Source: a candidate division WOR-3 bacterium
Lineage (GTDB): Bacteria; Hydrothermota; Hydrothermia; LBFQ01; DSFT01
Assembly (NCBI GenBank): GCA_965649115.1
Contig: CBFGJN010000017.1
Location: 1 to 31,096, forward strand
Direction of reading: 5' to 3'
Length of the DNA: 31,096 nt
In this document: piece by piece, positions 1 to 9,049 of the stretch
Position numbering within the stretch: position 1 is the first letter of the stretch
How the letters are laid out: every line of letters starts with the position of its first letter
Made by a program: the position numbers and the translations under genes
The notes under the pieces: generated by a model
Told to the model about the DNA's origin: nothing
Seen by the model: only the letters and a program-made list of their open reading frames with translations
Databases searched by the model: none

Positions 1-1930
1 TTTTTGCATCGTAAAAGATTATTTTTTCATTTTTGACTGCTTTTACAAATTCATCTATCCTATCAATTTTACTAAACAAGTTATTACTCTCTTTTAATGA
101 TCTTTTTTCAGCAAATACTAACACTGTCCTCTGCTGGGCATGAGGAGCAAAAGCATGTTCTGGCAAACCTACAACAGCTATCACTCTAAAATAACATAAG
201 AATAGTAATCTTGGTCTTAAATATTCTTCACTATCAAAAAGTGAAAAAGGAAGAACAGCTCCCAATCGTCCTTTTGGATTTAAAAGTTGATACCATCTTT
301 CTACGAAAAGACATTCTGAAGCGTAAGTAACACCTTTTTTAAAATTTAAAAATTCTTTAATCTTAAAGTGATTATACTGGTCTTGTCGTATTTCAAGACT
401 GAAAGGAGGATTAGTTATAATAAAATCGACACCGTGGCCCTCTTTTATACTTTCTAAAGTGCAACCGTGATTTCTCAAAATATAGGGTTCTTTTATAAAT
501 GGTAAAGGTAGATTATCTAATGGCAATAGAACATTTCTTGTGTATACATTTGCTGAACCATCACCATGGATTACCATATTTACTTTACATAAAGCCACTG
601 CTCTTGGCTCATTATCTATACCAAAAAGAATTTTTAAAGCGTTTTCTTTTATATCTTCAATTGGATAATCTTTAAAAATTAGTCTTAGTGCTTCTATTAA
701 GAATGTCCCAGAACCGCAAGAAGGATCAAGAATATATTTATAATTTTTCTTTTTTAAATCCTCAGCTACTTTTTGAATATTCAATGCTTTACATACAAAT
801 CTACAAATATTAGGATGAGTGAAAAATAACCCTCTGCTTTGTCTAAAAATTGAATGCATAAAGTCTAAAAACACATCACCAACAGAATCTTCTCCTAGAA
901 ATCTTAAACTTCTAAGCTTTATTCTTTGAAGATAAGGAACCAGATCTAATAAAATCTTTTCTTTGTCTTTGTGTTGTAAAATTTCTTTATTTCTGGCTTC
1001 TTTTGGATCTTCACCTAAAAGTTGAATTAAAGCATTTTCAAGTAAGGTTTTAATTCTATTATAAAAAGCTGTTTTGTCTAGATAGTCTTCTGGTTTTACT
1101 TGAAAATCTGGTTCTTTGTTTTCTTTTTTTAAAAGCTGAATTTCATCATAAGTTTTAGCAAGAAGTAAGTTAATAATAGTTTCAAAAGCCTTCTCTTCTA
1201 CAATGCCATAATTTCTTAACCCTTGATGTAATTTTTCCTTTAGTAAATTTTTAAGTTCATTTGGATTTTTCACCTCTATTAAGTCATCTTTTGTCAAGGG
1301 TTTTTTATAAAAATATACTTTGTTACCTGATACCTGGGGAGAAGTATCATAAGCAAAAGAAGAATTTCTATTAATTATTTCATCTAAAGAAATTTGTCCA
1401 GTCTCTATCGCTTTATCTATCTCAGGATAAAAGAACCATCTATAAAAAATATTAATTTCATTATTATTAAATGATATCTCATAAGCGATTAAAACTAATG
1501 GATAGGGTTGTTTTATGTCTTTGGCATAGGAGTGAGCAATATTATAAAGTTGCCTCTTAAAATAATTACTAAATTCTGAATCACTTATTTTATGCACAGA
1601 AGTTTTACATTCTACCAAAGCTATGCAACTTCTATCATTATGTACATCTGCTAGTTCTATTTTTATATCTATCCTTTTGGAAGGTGCTCCAACAATGGAT
1701 TTTTCCTCTAAGTAAATAGTTTCAGGCGGGATTTTATGTATTGAAATTAAATCAAGAATTGCTAAACCTCTACCTAATTCCCCCAAAGTATTTTGATTAT
1801 AAGAAGAAATATTTCGAGAGTATTTTTTTCTAAGATTATAAAATAACTGGTTATTTTCTATTTTAACATATTGATTATGGGAAGAAAGAATTTCACTTTT
1901 CAATTTATCTATAAACTTATTTAATATCAT
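1..1930 (-). CDS. Fused restriction endonuclease / N6-adenine methyltransferase (Type IIG or type I-like), 3' end runs off the window
   Basis: Not in the ORF track. Segments translated by hand from ATG 1930 give MILNKFIDKLKSE..., a PD-(D/E)xK-like KRIDIKI...ALVECKT, RGLFFTHPN, motif I YILDPSCGSGTFL (~700-735) and motif IV DFIITNPPF (~400-430). Confidence 0.88.
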   Translation of the reverse strand, partial: MILNKFIDKLKSEILSSHNQYVKIENNQLFYNLRKKYSRNISSYNQNTLGELGRGLAILDLISIHKIPPETIYLEEKSIVGAPSKRIDIKIELADVHNDRSCIALVECKTSVHKISDSEFSNYFKRQLYNIAHSYAKDIKQPYPLVLIAYEISFNNNEINIFYRWFFYPEIDKAIETGQISLDEIINRNSSFAYDTSPQVSGNKVYFYKKPLTKDDLIEVKNPNELKNLLKEKLHQGLRNYGIVEEKAFETIINLLLAKTYDEIQLLKKENKEPDFQVKPEDYLDKTAFYNRIKTLLENALIQLLGEDPKEARNKEILQHKDKEKILLDLVPYLQRIKLRSLRFLGEDSVGDVFLDFMHSIFRQSRGLFFTHPNICRFVCKALNIQKVAEDLKKKNYKYILDPSCGSGTFLIEALRLIFKDYPIEDIKENALKILFGIDNEPRAVALCKVNMVIHGDGSANVYTRNVLLPLDNLPLPFIKEPYILRNHGCTLESIKEGHGVDFIITNPPFSLEIRQDQYNHFKIKEFLNFKKGVTYASECLFVERWYQLLNPKGRLGAVLPFSLFDSEEYLRPRLLFLCYFRVIAVVGLPEHAFAPHAQQRTVLVFAEKRSLKESNNLFSKIDRIDEFVKAVKNEKIIFYDAK

Positions 1931-1948
1931 ATGAAATTAAATAATTTT

Positions 1949-2197
1949 CTAAATCCCCCTCTCAATAATATACTCTACTAAATCAACAACCCTCTTTGCA
2001 TATCCCCATTCATTTTCAACAACTGCTATTGATTCACCTTTTTGATATTTTTGATTTAATTTAGGAAGTTCAACATAAACAATATCACCAAGCTGACTTT
2101 GAGCATAATCAGTAATTCCTATAATTGCTATATCATTTTCAATTTTTATCCATTCATGCTCCTTCGTATATTTTAAATTTTTAGGAACATTAGCCAT
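1949..2197 (-). pseudogene. gcvH: Chimera: glycine cleavage H protein N-terminal half fused in frame to the last 21 aa of GAPDH
   Basis: YTKEHEW...IGITDYAQSQLGDIVYVELP...AVVE is GcvH and stops before the lipoyl-Lys. NEWGYAKRVVDLVEYI is the GAPDH C-terminal signature. Junction at 2015/2014; likely start ATG 2197. Confidence 0.85.
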
Positions 2198-2215
2198 ATT
2201 TGAAATTTTAAAGGT

Positions 2216-2367
2216 TGTTTTGTCCAAAATGCTTCGTTCAAAAAATTAGGTGAGCGGGAAAAATTGTTAAGTTATTTAATAAATCACTTGATTTTTTGAT
2301 GTTAATTGAAATTATTGATTTTACGGGGTATTTAATGGGGGCAAAATCCCCTGATGGTATAAGAATG
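2216..2367 (+). mobile_element. Degenerate, truncated MITE remnant (A0)
   Basis: Starts TGTTTTGTCCAAAAT (TIR-like) and contains attgttaag...ggggtatttaatgggggcaaaatcccc, matching the left and middle part of the family. Confidence 0.55.
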
Positions 2368-2573
2368 TGCTTTGTCCAATAATTATTTCCAAGTAATTGA
2401 TAACCAATGACTTATGAAAATTTCAAATAAACCTTTGACTTAATGGGGGGGTTGATTGGGGGGCAAAGCCCCCTATAGCCTAAAAATGGGGATTTACAAG
2501 CCGAAGGCTTAATATCAGGGTGGGTGGGAAAAATATAGAAAAATAAATAATTTCAGAATTATTAGACACACCA
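2368..2573 (+). mobile_element. Full-length MITE copy A1 (206 bp)
   Basis: Left TIR TGCTTTGTCCAATAATT, right TIR AATTATTAGACACACCA, two internal GC hairpins and GGGTGGGTGGG. No matching TSD on the left. Confidence 0.85.
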
Positions 2574-2592
2574 AACACCAATTAAAATTATC

Positions 2593-2604
2593 CTTTAAAA
2601 TTTT
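2593..2604 (+). promoter_or_regulatory. CTTTAAAATTTT -10-like promoter motif, 7 nt before ATG 2609 (representative of about 12 copies)
   Basis: TAAAAT at 2596-2601 with no Shine-Dalgarno. The same motif precedes the first gene of almost every transcription unit in the window. Confidence 0.7.
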
Positions 2605-2608
2605 CATT

Positions 2609-2914
2609 ATGTTCAAAATTATTGCCATATACAAGAAGCCTGACGATGTTGAAAGTTTTGAGAAGTACTATAAAGAGGTTCATACACCACTTGTAAAAAA
2701 AATTCCTGGTCTTAAAGAACTTAGAATTACAAGAATAAAGGGTGCTCCTTTTGGACAAACTGATATTTACTTAATAGCAGAAATGATATTTGAAACCAAG
2801 GAAGATTATAAAAAAGCATTATCATCAAAAGAAGCAATAGAAGCAGGACAAGATGCTTTAAAATTTTCAAATAATAAAGTTGAAATAATTTTAGGTGAAG
2901 AAAACATTATATGA
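2609..2914 (+). CDS. EthD family protein (dimeric alpha/beta barrel)
   Basis: FEKYYKEVHTPLVKKIPGL...LIAEMIFE pattern, 101 aa. Confidence 0.85.
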   Translation: MFKIIAIYKKPDDVESFEKYYKEVHTPLVKKIPGLKELRITRIKGAPFGQTDIYLIAEMIFETKEDYKKALSSKEAIEAGQDALKFSNNKVEIILGEENII

Positions 2915-3348
2915 ATTTGGAGGAGTTTAAAAAGAAAGAGGAATTATTTAGAGAAGAATTAAAACAATTAAAAAAGGGAAAGGAAATTATAAAAAAAGAT
3001 ATTTTACTTGCTGTTGATTATGAATATAAAGGAAGAGATATTGTTATTGAAATTGTTCAACCTGAATTTACAAGTTTATGTCCATTAACAGGTTTGCCAG
3101 ATTTTGCTCAAATTAAAATAAACTACATTCCTGACCAAAAAATTATAGAATTAAAATCTTTAAAGTACTACTTAGTTCAATATAGAAATGTCGGGATATT
3201 TTATGAGAGTTTAGTTAATAAAATTTTAGAAGATTTAGTGTCAATTTTAGAACCAAAATATATGGAAGTTATATGTGAATTTACACCGAGAGGTGGAATA
3301 AGAACAACAGTTAAAGCGACTTATAAAAAGGAGGTTAAAAATGCTTGA
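2911..3348 (+). CDS. queF: NADPH-dependent 7-cyano-7-deazaguanine reductase (preQ1 synthase, short type)
   Basis: PEFTSLCPLTGLPDFA, ELKSLKYYL and FTPRGGI motifs. Confidence 0.93.
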   Translation: MNLEEFKKKEELFREELKQLKKGKEIIKKDILLAVDYEYKGRDIVIEIVQPEFTSLCPLTGLPDFAQIKINYIPDQKIIELKSLKYYLVQYRNVGIFYESLVNKILEDLVSILEPKYMEVICEFTPRGGIRTTVKATYKKEVKNA

Positions 3349-3793
3349 AAAACTTCTTTCAGAAGAAAGAGTAAAGATAGGGATGAAAGCAAGAAATAAA
3401 GATGAGGCTCTTGAAGAACTTGTTGATCTTCTTAAACTTCCTCAAAACAGCAAAAATATCATACTTGAAGCCCTCAAAAAGAGAGAAGTTATCGGCTCTA
3501 CGGGTATAGGAAGAGGCATTGCTATTCCCCATACAAGAAGTACAATTGTAAATGATGTTTATTTAGCAATTGGTGTTAGCAAAGAGGGCATAGATTTTCA
3601 ATCAGTTGATAACCAACCTGTTCATTTATTCTTTTTACTTGTAGCTCCTCCAAACGATCCCGGAACAACCTACTTAATAGTCCTTGGTAAAATAGCACAA
3701 ATCGCAAAAAAAATAGCAAAAGAAAATATAGACTATCTAAGTATTGAAGATCCAAAAGAACTAATAAAGCTTATATTATCTTTGGAAGGTTAA
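3341..3793 (+). CDS. PTS EIIA (Ntr/fructose-type) domain protein
   Basis: REVIGSTGIGRGIAIPH with the phospho-His; SD AGGAGG upstream. Confidence 0.9.
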   Translation: MLEKLLSEERVKIGMKARNKDEALEELVDLLKLPQNSKNIILEALKKREVIGSTGIGRGIAIPHTRSTIVNDVYLAIGVSKEGIDFQSVDNQPVHLFFLLVAPPNDPGTTYLIVLGKIAQIAKKIAKENIDYLSIEDPKELIKLILSLEG

Positions 3794-3796
3794 AAT

Positions 3797-4132
3797 ATGA
3801 AAAGTTTAACTGAAAAGCTATTAGTTCTTCAGGATATTGAAATAAAACTAAAAGAAATAAGAAGTGAAGACTACAAAAAGGCAGGATTTATAATAGATGA
3901 AGAAAAATTATCAGAAATTGAAAGCTATAAACAGAAACTTGAAAGTGAAATTCCTCCAAATTATTTAAGAAAATTTAAGGCATTATTTAATAAGTATTCA
4001 AGAGCAGTAGCAAGTGTATATGAAAATACCTGTACAAACTGCTTTTCAAAATTACCAACAGGTATTAAAAAGCCTTCTGATAATGAAATTATATTTTGTA
4101 ACGTTTGTGGAATGATATTATACTTTCCATGA
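3797..4132 (+). CDS. C4 zinc-ribbon domain protein (short DUF164-like)
   Basis: CTNC...CNVCGMILY after a short coiled region. Confidence 0.75.
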   Translation: MKSLTEKLLVLQDIEIKLKEIRSEDYKKAGFIIDEEKLSEIESYKQKLESEIPPNYLRKFKALFNKYSRAVASVYENTCTNCFSKLPTGIKKPSDNEIIFCNVCGMILYFP

Positions 4133-5316
4133 ACTTAGATAGCGTTTTAGAAATTATTAAGAAAAATGTTTCTCACTTTTTCCCCGAAGAAGAATTTATT
4201 AAAAAATATAAAGATTTTTTAGATAAAAAAAGAGGACCTCTTAGAGTGAAGTACGGGGCAGATCCTTCAAGACCAGACTTACATCTTGGACATTATGTCA
4301 GTTTGAAAAAATTAAAAGATTTACAAGATTTAGGATTTGAAATTATTGTTGTAATTGGTGATTTTACTGCCTTTATAGGAGATCCAACAGGAAGATCAAA
4401 AACTCGTCCAAAATTAAGTAAGGAAGAAGTTCAAGAAAATGCTAAAACTTATTTAAATCAAATTTCAAAAGTTTTAGATATTCAAAAAATTAAAATAGAA
4501 TTCAATTCAAGTTGGCTTTCAAAATTAACACCTTATGATATTGTAGAACTAACTTCAAAATACACAATATCAAGAATGCTTGAAAGAGAAGACTTTAAAA
4601 ATAGATTTAACGAGAATGAGAGTATTTACATTCATGAAATTTTATACCCTCTTTTCCAAGCTTATGATTCAGTTTTCCTAAAAGCAGATATTGAAATAGG
4701 TGGAGAAGATCAATTATTTAATTTTACTTTAACAAGAGAAATACAAAAAGCTTATGGACAAGAACCTCAGGTTATCATTACAATGCCTCTTTTAATCGGA
4801 ACTGATGGAAAATTAAAAATGTCAAAATCTTATGATAATTACATAGCATTCAACGATGAACCATTTGATATGTTTGGAAAAGTTATGTCAATAAAAGATG
4901 AGCTTATAGAAAGCTATTATAAACTTGTTTTATATCAAGAAATAAATGAAGAATTAAAAACATTTATAAATGAAAATCCAAGGATGGCAAAGGAAAACCT
5001 TGCTTATGAAATTGTAAAATTATTTTATAATGAAGAAATTGCCAAAAAGGTTAGAGAAGAATTTAATAATGTTTTTAAATATAAAGAATTTCCAGAAGAT
5101 GCAATAACTTACGAATTAAGAGAACCTCAGACAATCTGTGATATTTTGCTTAAAGTAAATTTTGTAAGTTCAAAAAACGAATTTAGAAGATTATTAAGTC
5201 AAAGAGCAATAAAGGTAAATAATGAAGTGATAAATGAAAATATCCTAATAAATCAAACCGCTTTCGTTAAAGTTGGAAAACATAAATTTTTGAAAATTTT
5301 AAAACATGACAATTAG
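4129..5316 (+). CDS. tyrS: Tyrosine--tRNA ligase
   Basis: GADPSRPDLHLGH, KMSKS and C-terminal S4 domain. Start moved to ATG 4129, which overlaps the upstream stop (ATGA). Confidence 0.96.
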   Translation: MNLDSVLEIIKKNVSHFFPEEEFIKKYKDFLDKKRGPLRVKYGADPSRPDLHLGHYVSLKKLKDLQDLGFEIIVVIGDFTAFIGDPTGRSKTRPKLSKEEVQENAKTYLNQISKVLDIQKIKIEFNSSWLSKLTPYDIVELTSKYTISRMLEREDFKNRFNENESIYIHEILYPLFQAYDSVFLKADIEIGGEDQLFNFTLTREIQKAYGQEPQVIITMPLLIGTDGKLKMSKSYDNYIAFNDEPFDMFGKVMSIKDELIESYYKLVLYQEINEELKTFINENPRMAKENLAYEIVKLFYNEEIAKKVREEFNNVFKYKEFPEDAITYELREPQTICDILLKVNFVSSKNEFRRLLSQRAIKVNNEVINENILINQTAFVKVGKHKFLKILKHDN

Positions 5317-5611
5317 GGAATTTCAGGAAATTATTAAGAAAACTTATTATGATAGAGATAAAGAAAAAGGAATAAAAAGTGTGTTTATTTGGACAGTAGA
5401 AGAAATTGGTGAGCTTGCAAAAGCTATAAATAGAAAAAGTTTAGAAGATATAGAACTTGAATTATCAGATGTTATTGCTTGGATTTTTAGTATTGCTAAT
5501 TTATTAAATATAGATGTTGAAAAAATTCTTAAAAGATATGAGAGAGGATGTCCAAAATGTTTAAATATTCCTTGCTCTTGTAAAAAGGAGGTTAATTTTG
5601 AAGGAGCTTAA
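5306..5611 (+). CDS. MazG-like nucleotide pyrophosphohydrolase
   Basis: EEIGELAKA...ELSDV motif and C-terminal CPKC...PCSC. Confidence 0.85.
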   Translation: MTIREFQEIIKKTYYDRDKEKGIKSVFIWTVEEIGELAKAINRKSLEDIELELSDVIAWIFSIANLLNIDVEKILKRYERGCPKCLNIPCSCKKEVNFEGA

Positions 5612-6113
5612 TTATAGAGTGAATGAAAATATAAGGTCAAAGGAAGTTCAAGTAATAGGTCCTGATGGAAAGAATCTTGGTGTTATGAGAACATACGATG
5701 CCATACAACTTGCTAAAAGCATGGGTCTTGATTTAGTAGAAGTTTCTCCCAATAGCAATCCACCTGTCGCAAAAATTATGGATTATGGTAAATTTATTTA
5801 TGAACAAAAGAAGAAATTGAAAGAAATGAAAAAACATCAAAAAGCAATAGAAGTCAAAGAATTACAATTATCTCCAACAATTGACAAGCATGATTTACAA
5901 GTGAAAATAAAAAAAGCAAAAGAATTTTTAGAAGATGGAAATAAAGTAAAATTCAGATTGATATTTAAGGGAAGGCAAATTGTTCATCCTGAGATTGCAA
6001 AAAATGTTTTACAATCAATCATAGATGAACTTAATGAAATAGCAGAAGTTGAACAAGCACCCAAAGATGAAGGCAGATTTATGATTATGGTTTTAAGACC
6101 AAAGAAGAAATGA
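5598..6113 (+). CDS. infC: Translation initiation factor IF-3
   Basis: RVNENIR, LDLVEVSPNSNPPVAKIMDYGK and FKGRQ. TTG start after AAGGAGG, with an in-frame ATT at 5595. Confidence 0.97.
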   Translation: MKELNYRVNENIRSKEVQVIGPDGKNLGVMRTYDAIQLAKSMGLDLVEVSPNSNPPVAKIMDYGKFIYEQKKKLKEMKKHQKAIEVKELQLSPTIDKHDLQVKIKKAKEFLEDGNKVKFRLIFKGRQIVHPEIAKNVLQSIIDELNEIAEVEQAPKDEGRFMIMVLRPKKK

Positions 6114-6760
6114 AAAAAGCTCTTGTCCTTTTAAGTGGAGGTATAGATTCTATTACACTTGCTTATTATGTGAAAAAAATTCTTAATAGAGAATTATTTA
6201 CTATTAGTTTTATTTATGGCCAAAGACATAAAAAGGAATTAGAATTTGCAAAATATCATGCAAATTTATTAAATGTTATAGAACATAAAATTGTTGATAT
6301 TTCATTTTTAAAAGAATTAAAAAGCTCTGCTTTAATAAATAAAAATTTAGATATTCCTAAATGGGAAGAAGCTCAAAAGGAAATGCCAATAACTTATGTT
6401 CCATTTAGAAACTTGATTTTTCTTTCAATAGCTCTTTCATATGCGGAAGATAATAGTCTTGATGAAGTTTATTATGCTGCACAAAGACAAGATTATATTG
6501 GTTATTGGGATTGTAGAGAAGACTTTGTTAATGCTTTAAACAAAATAACTGAATTAAATCCTAAAACAAAAATTAAAGTTTTAGCACCATTTATTAATTT
6601 AAGAAAAAGTGAAATTATAAAAATTGGATTAGAGCTTGGTGTTGACTATAATAAGACTTGGAGTTGCTATAAAGGGGAGGAAGAACCTTGTGGAATTTGT
6701 CCAAGTTGTGTTGATAGAAAAAGAGCTTTTGAGGAGATAGGAATATATGATATTAAATGA
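6110..6760 (+). CDS. queC: 7-cyano-7-deazaguanine synthase
   Basis: SGGIDS, YGQRH, TYVPFRN, DCR and TWSCY...CGICPSC. Confidence 0.96.
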   Translation: MKKALVLLSGGIDSITLAYYVKKILNRELFTISFIYGQRHKKELEFAKYHANLLNVIEHKIVDISFLKELKSSALINKNLDIPKWEEAQKEMPITYVPFRNLIFLSIALSYAEDNSLDEVYYAAQRQDYIGYWDCREDFVNALNKITELNPKTKIKVLAPFINLRKSEIIKIGLELGVDYNKTWSCYKGEEEPCGICPSCVDRKRAFEEIGIYDIK

Positions 6761-7721
6761 AATTCAAAAAGCTATAATAAGTTCATCTTCATTGAGAATA
6801 AAAACGGAAATTGGATTTATTGAAATTTATAAGGGAGAAATTCTAAATGCTGAAAAAATTAATGTGGAATATGGATTAAACGCATTAATTGATATTATTA
6901 AAAATTCAATTAATTTTCAGATTGAGATATTAGAAGAACCGCCAATAACTACAATTACAGAGGGTTGGATGGAGATAAAAAAACTATTATTTGAAAATGA
7001 ATTTATGCTCTTTAAAAATTTGAAATTAAATGAAAATGAAATTATGAAATTTAGGGAATGGTTAAAATTTTTTCAATTTAATGGATTTGTGATAAATAAA
7101 GAATTACTTGATGTTTTCCTAAATGGTAATTTAGGTTATTCAAAAGGGCTATTGAAAGAAAATGTCCCATTTAATGTTTATGAAATTAATGAGAAAATTA
7201 TAAGAATTTTTTTAAAGTCCATTGGAAATTTAATTGAAGAAGAAATGTCAAAAATTTCAGAAGTCAGAAAGCAATTTGCTATTGAAGGAAAAAGTGGAAT
7301 TATATTAAGTAATGAAAGAATTGAAGTTTTTGAAAATGGTATTAGAGTTTTAAACTTAAATGAAAATTTATATATAAATAAAATTTTATTTGGGTTTGAA
7401 AGTGAAGAAATGAAAATTAGCGAAACACCATTTTTAACTGACAAGGATTTAAAAGTTTTAAGTTATATTCTTGAAAACAGCTTAAAATTATTGTCTCAAA
7501 AAGCGGGAAATGAATTTGTCCAAAAAGCAATTGAAAAACATAAACCTGATGTTAATAATCCCCAAAGTATTATAAACTGTATAAAAGAAGTTATGGAAAA
7601 AGCAAAATTAGTTGGAGGAACAGGCTGGCTTAAAAAGAATATGGATAAAATTAGTGATGGTGTTAAGGAAATTCAAAATGAAGAATTAAAAAAACTCCTA
7701 AATGACCTTTTTAAGGTATGA
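6747..7721 (+). CDS. Hypothetical protein
   Basis: 324-aa ORF overlapping both neighbours; no recognised motif. Confidence 0.7.
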   Translation: MILNEIQKAIISSSSLRIKTEIGFIEIYKGEILNAEKINVEYGLNALIDIIKNSINFQIEILEEPPITTITEGWMEIKKLLFENEFMLFKNLKLNENEIMKFREWLKFFQFNGFVINKELLDVFLNGNLGYSKGLLKENVPFNVYEINEKIIRIFLKSIGNLIEEEMSKISEVRKQFAIEGKSGIILSNERIEVFENGIRVLNLNENLYINKILFGFESEEMKISETPFLTDKDLKVLSYILENSLKLLSQKAGNEFVQKAIEKHKPDVNNPQSIINCIKEVMEKAKLVGGTGWLKKNMDKISDGVKEIQNEELKKLLNDLFKV

Positions 7722-8542
7722 ATAGAGTTGCTAAAATAACATTTTTAAATGATAATAAATTTTGGTTTAAAGAACTTGAATTTAAAAGCTTCTTTGAAAT
7801 TGATAGTGAAAAATTATTTATTCCTTTCTTTTATTATAATAAATCTCAAATCATTTCATCAGTTTTAAGTTTTGCCTTGAAAAACTATAAAAAGCATCAA
7901 ATAGCATTTTTTGATTTTCAAAAATTTGAAATTGTTTTAAATTTTGAGTATTTATTAAAATTTTTCAAGGAAAGAATTTGTAATGGAGATGAAAGTTTTA
8001 TTATTATAATATCTCCTGAATTTTTTGATAAATATGATGCTAACTTAAAAATTTATAGATTTTTAAATAGTGGAAAGTTGAAAATTTTTCCAATTGATAA
8101 TTTTAAGTCGTTTTACGAAACTAAAATTAAATTCAACTTAAATAAATTCATTTTAAGCTTAATGCTACTTTACGAGATAAGAGAAAAAATATCATTTTTT
8201 AATACAATTTCTTATATTCTTGAAAATGTCTCAAAACCTTTCAATTTCAGACAAGCAGTTATTGATTTAAATATCAGATTTGAAACATTAAAAAATTTTA
8301 TTGATTATCTTGAAAAGGCATTCTTAATAAAAGTTCTAGAAGAAGAAGATAGTCCAAGAGCAACAAGAACAATAATTTTTAATGATTGGAGAGTTTATAG
8401 TTATTTATTGAATTATTCAAGAAGAGAGTTAATTCTAAATGATATTCATAAAGCAGCAATTTTAAGTTATGAATTTTTAAAAGCTACTTTGGAAAATAAA
8501 ACTATAAAAATTGATAATAATTTAAATCCCATTTTAGTTTAA
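7718..8542 (+). CDS. Degenerate AAA_14/DUF4143-like protein with winged helix
   Basis: ENVSKPFNF...ETLKNFIDYLEKAFLI...RTIIFND resembles that family; no Walker A visible. Confidence 0.55.
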   Translation: MNRVAKITFLNDNKFWFKELEFKSFFEIDSEKLFIPFFYYNKSQIISSVLSFALKNYKKHQIAFFDFQKFEIVLNFEYLLKFFKERICNGDESFIIIISPEFFDKYDANLKIYRFLNSGKLKIFPIDNFKSFYETKIKFNLNKFILSLMLLYEIREKISFFNTISYILENVSKPFNFRQAVIDLNIRFETLKNFIDYLEKAFLIKVLEEEDSPRATRTIIFNDWRVYSYLLNYSRRELILNDIHKAAILSYEFLKATLENKTIKIDNNLNPILV

Positions 8543-8556
8543 ATAAGTCATTGATA

Positions 8557-8834
8557 TTGTTTATCCAATAGATGGCGTTAAGCCCTTGATAATCAAAGAC
8601 TTATTAAAAATTTATTAGAATGTTTTAAATAATGAAGGAACTCAAAGGGGGGAGTAGAGCTCCAAAGGCAAAAGAACGCTTTTGGGATTATTAAACACAC
8701 TTTTATTAGGGGGTTTAATTGGGGGACAGAACCTCCCAAAGCAAAAAACGGGAATTTATAAGCCAAAGGCTTATTTTGAGGGTGGGTGGGAAAAGATAGA
8801 AAAATAAATAGTTTTAAAACTATTAGACACACCA
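8557..8834 (+). mobile_element. Two decayed MITE copies (B1 ~8557-8700, B2 ~8701-8834)
   Basis: TIR-like TTGTTTATCCAATA at 8557, remnant right end gattattaaacacac, then hairpin taagccaaaggctta, GGGTGGGTGGG and right end TATTAGACACACCA. Confidence 0.7.
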
Positions 8835-8843
8835 ATTTTAAAA

Positions 8844-9049
8844 TGCTTTGCCCAATAGTTATTGTTAAGTCTTTGAATATCAAGGAGTTATAAAATTTTT
8901 ATGGAAATTATTTATTTTGTGGGAGAATTTAATGGGGGAATATGCCCCTCAATGCCGAAATATGGGTATTTTAAAGGCTAAGCTTTATATTTAGGGTGGG
9001 TGGGAAAAGTATAGAAATAATTATATTTTTAGAATTACTAGACACAGCA
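8844..9049 (+). mobile_element. Full-length MITE copy B3 (206 bp)
   Basis: TGCTTTGCCCAATAGTT...AATTACTAGACACAGCA, flanked by ATTTTAAAA and ATTTAGAAT (6/9 match). Confidence 0.85.

Noticed and set aside
2216..2240. TIR-like end facing the gcvH promoter as another fixed-distance insertion
   Set aside because: Only 6 nt from the -10 box and too degenerate to orient, so it is not counted as support.
2563..2601. TAGACA/TGGACA in the right TIR as an outward -35 forming hybrid promoters
   Set aside because: The spacer to TAAAAT is 27 nt at loci A, D and E, far from 16-18. Only locus C (19 nt) comes close.
2911..6760. queF/queC plus the RM gene as a 7-deazaguanine DNA modification (dpd) system
   Set aside because: No dpdA or TGT-like gene is seen. 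QueF points to tRNA queuosine synthesis and the context is housekeeping.
8593..8883. 96-aa minus-strand ORF
   Set aside because: Lies entirely within decayed MITE copies and is not maintained in other copies.
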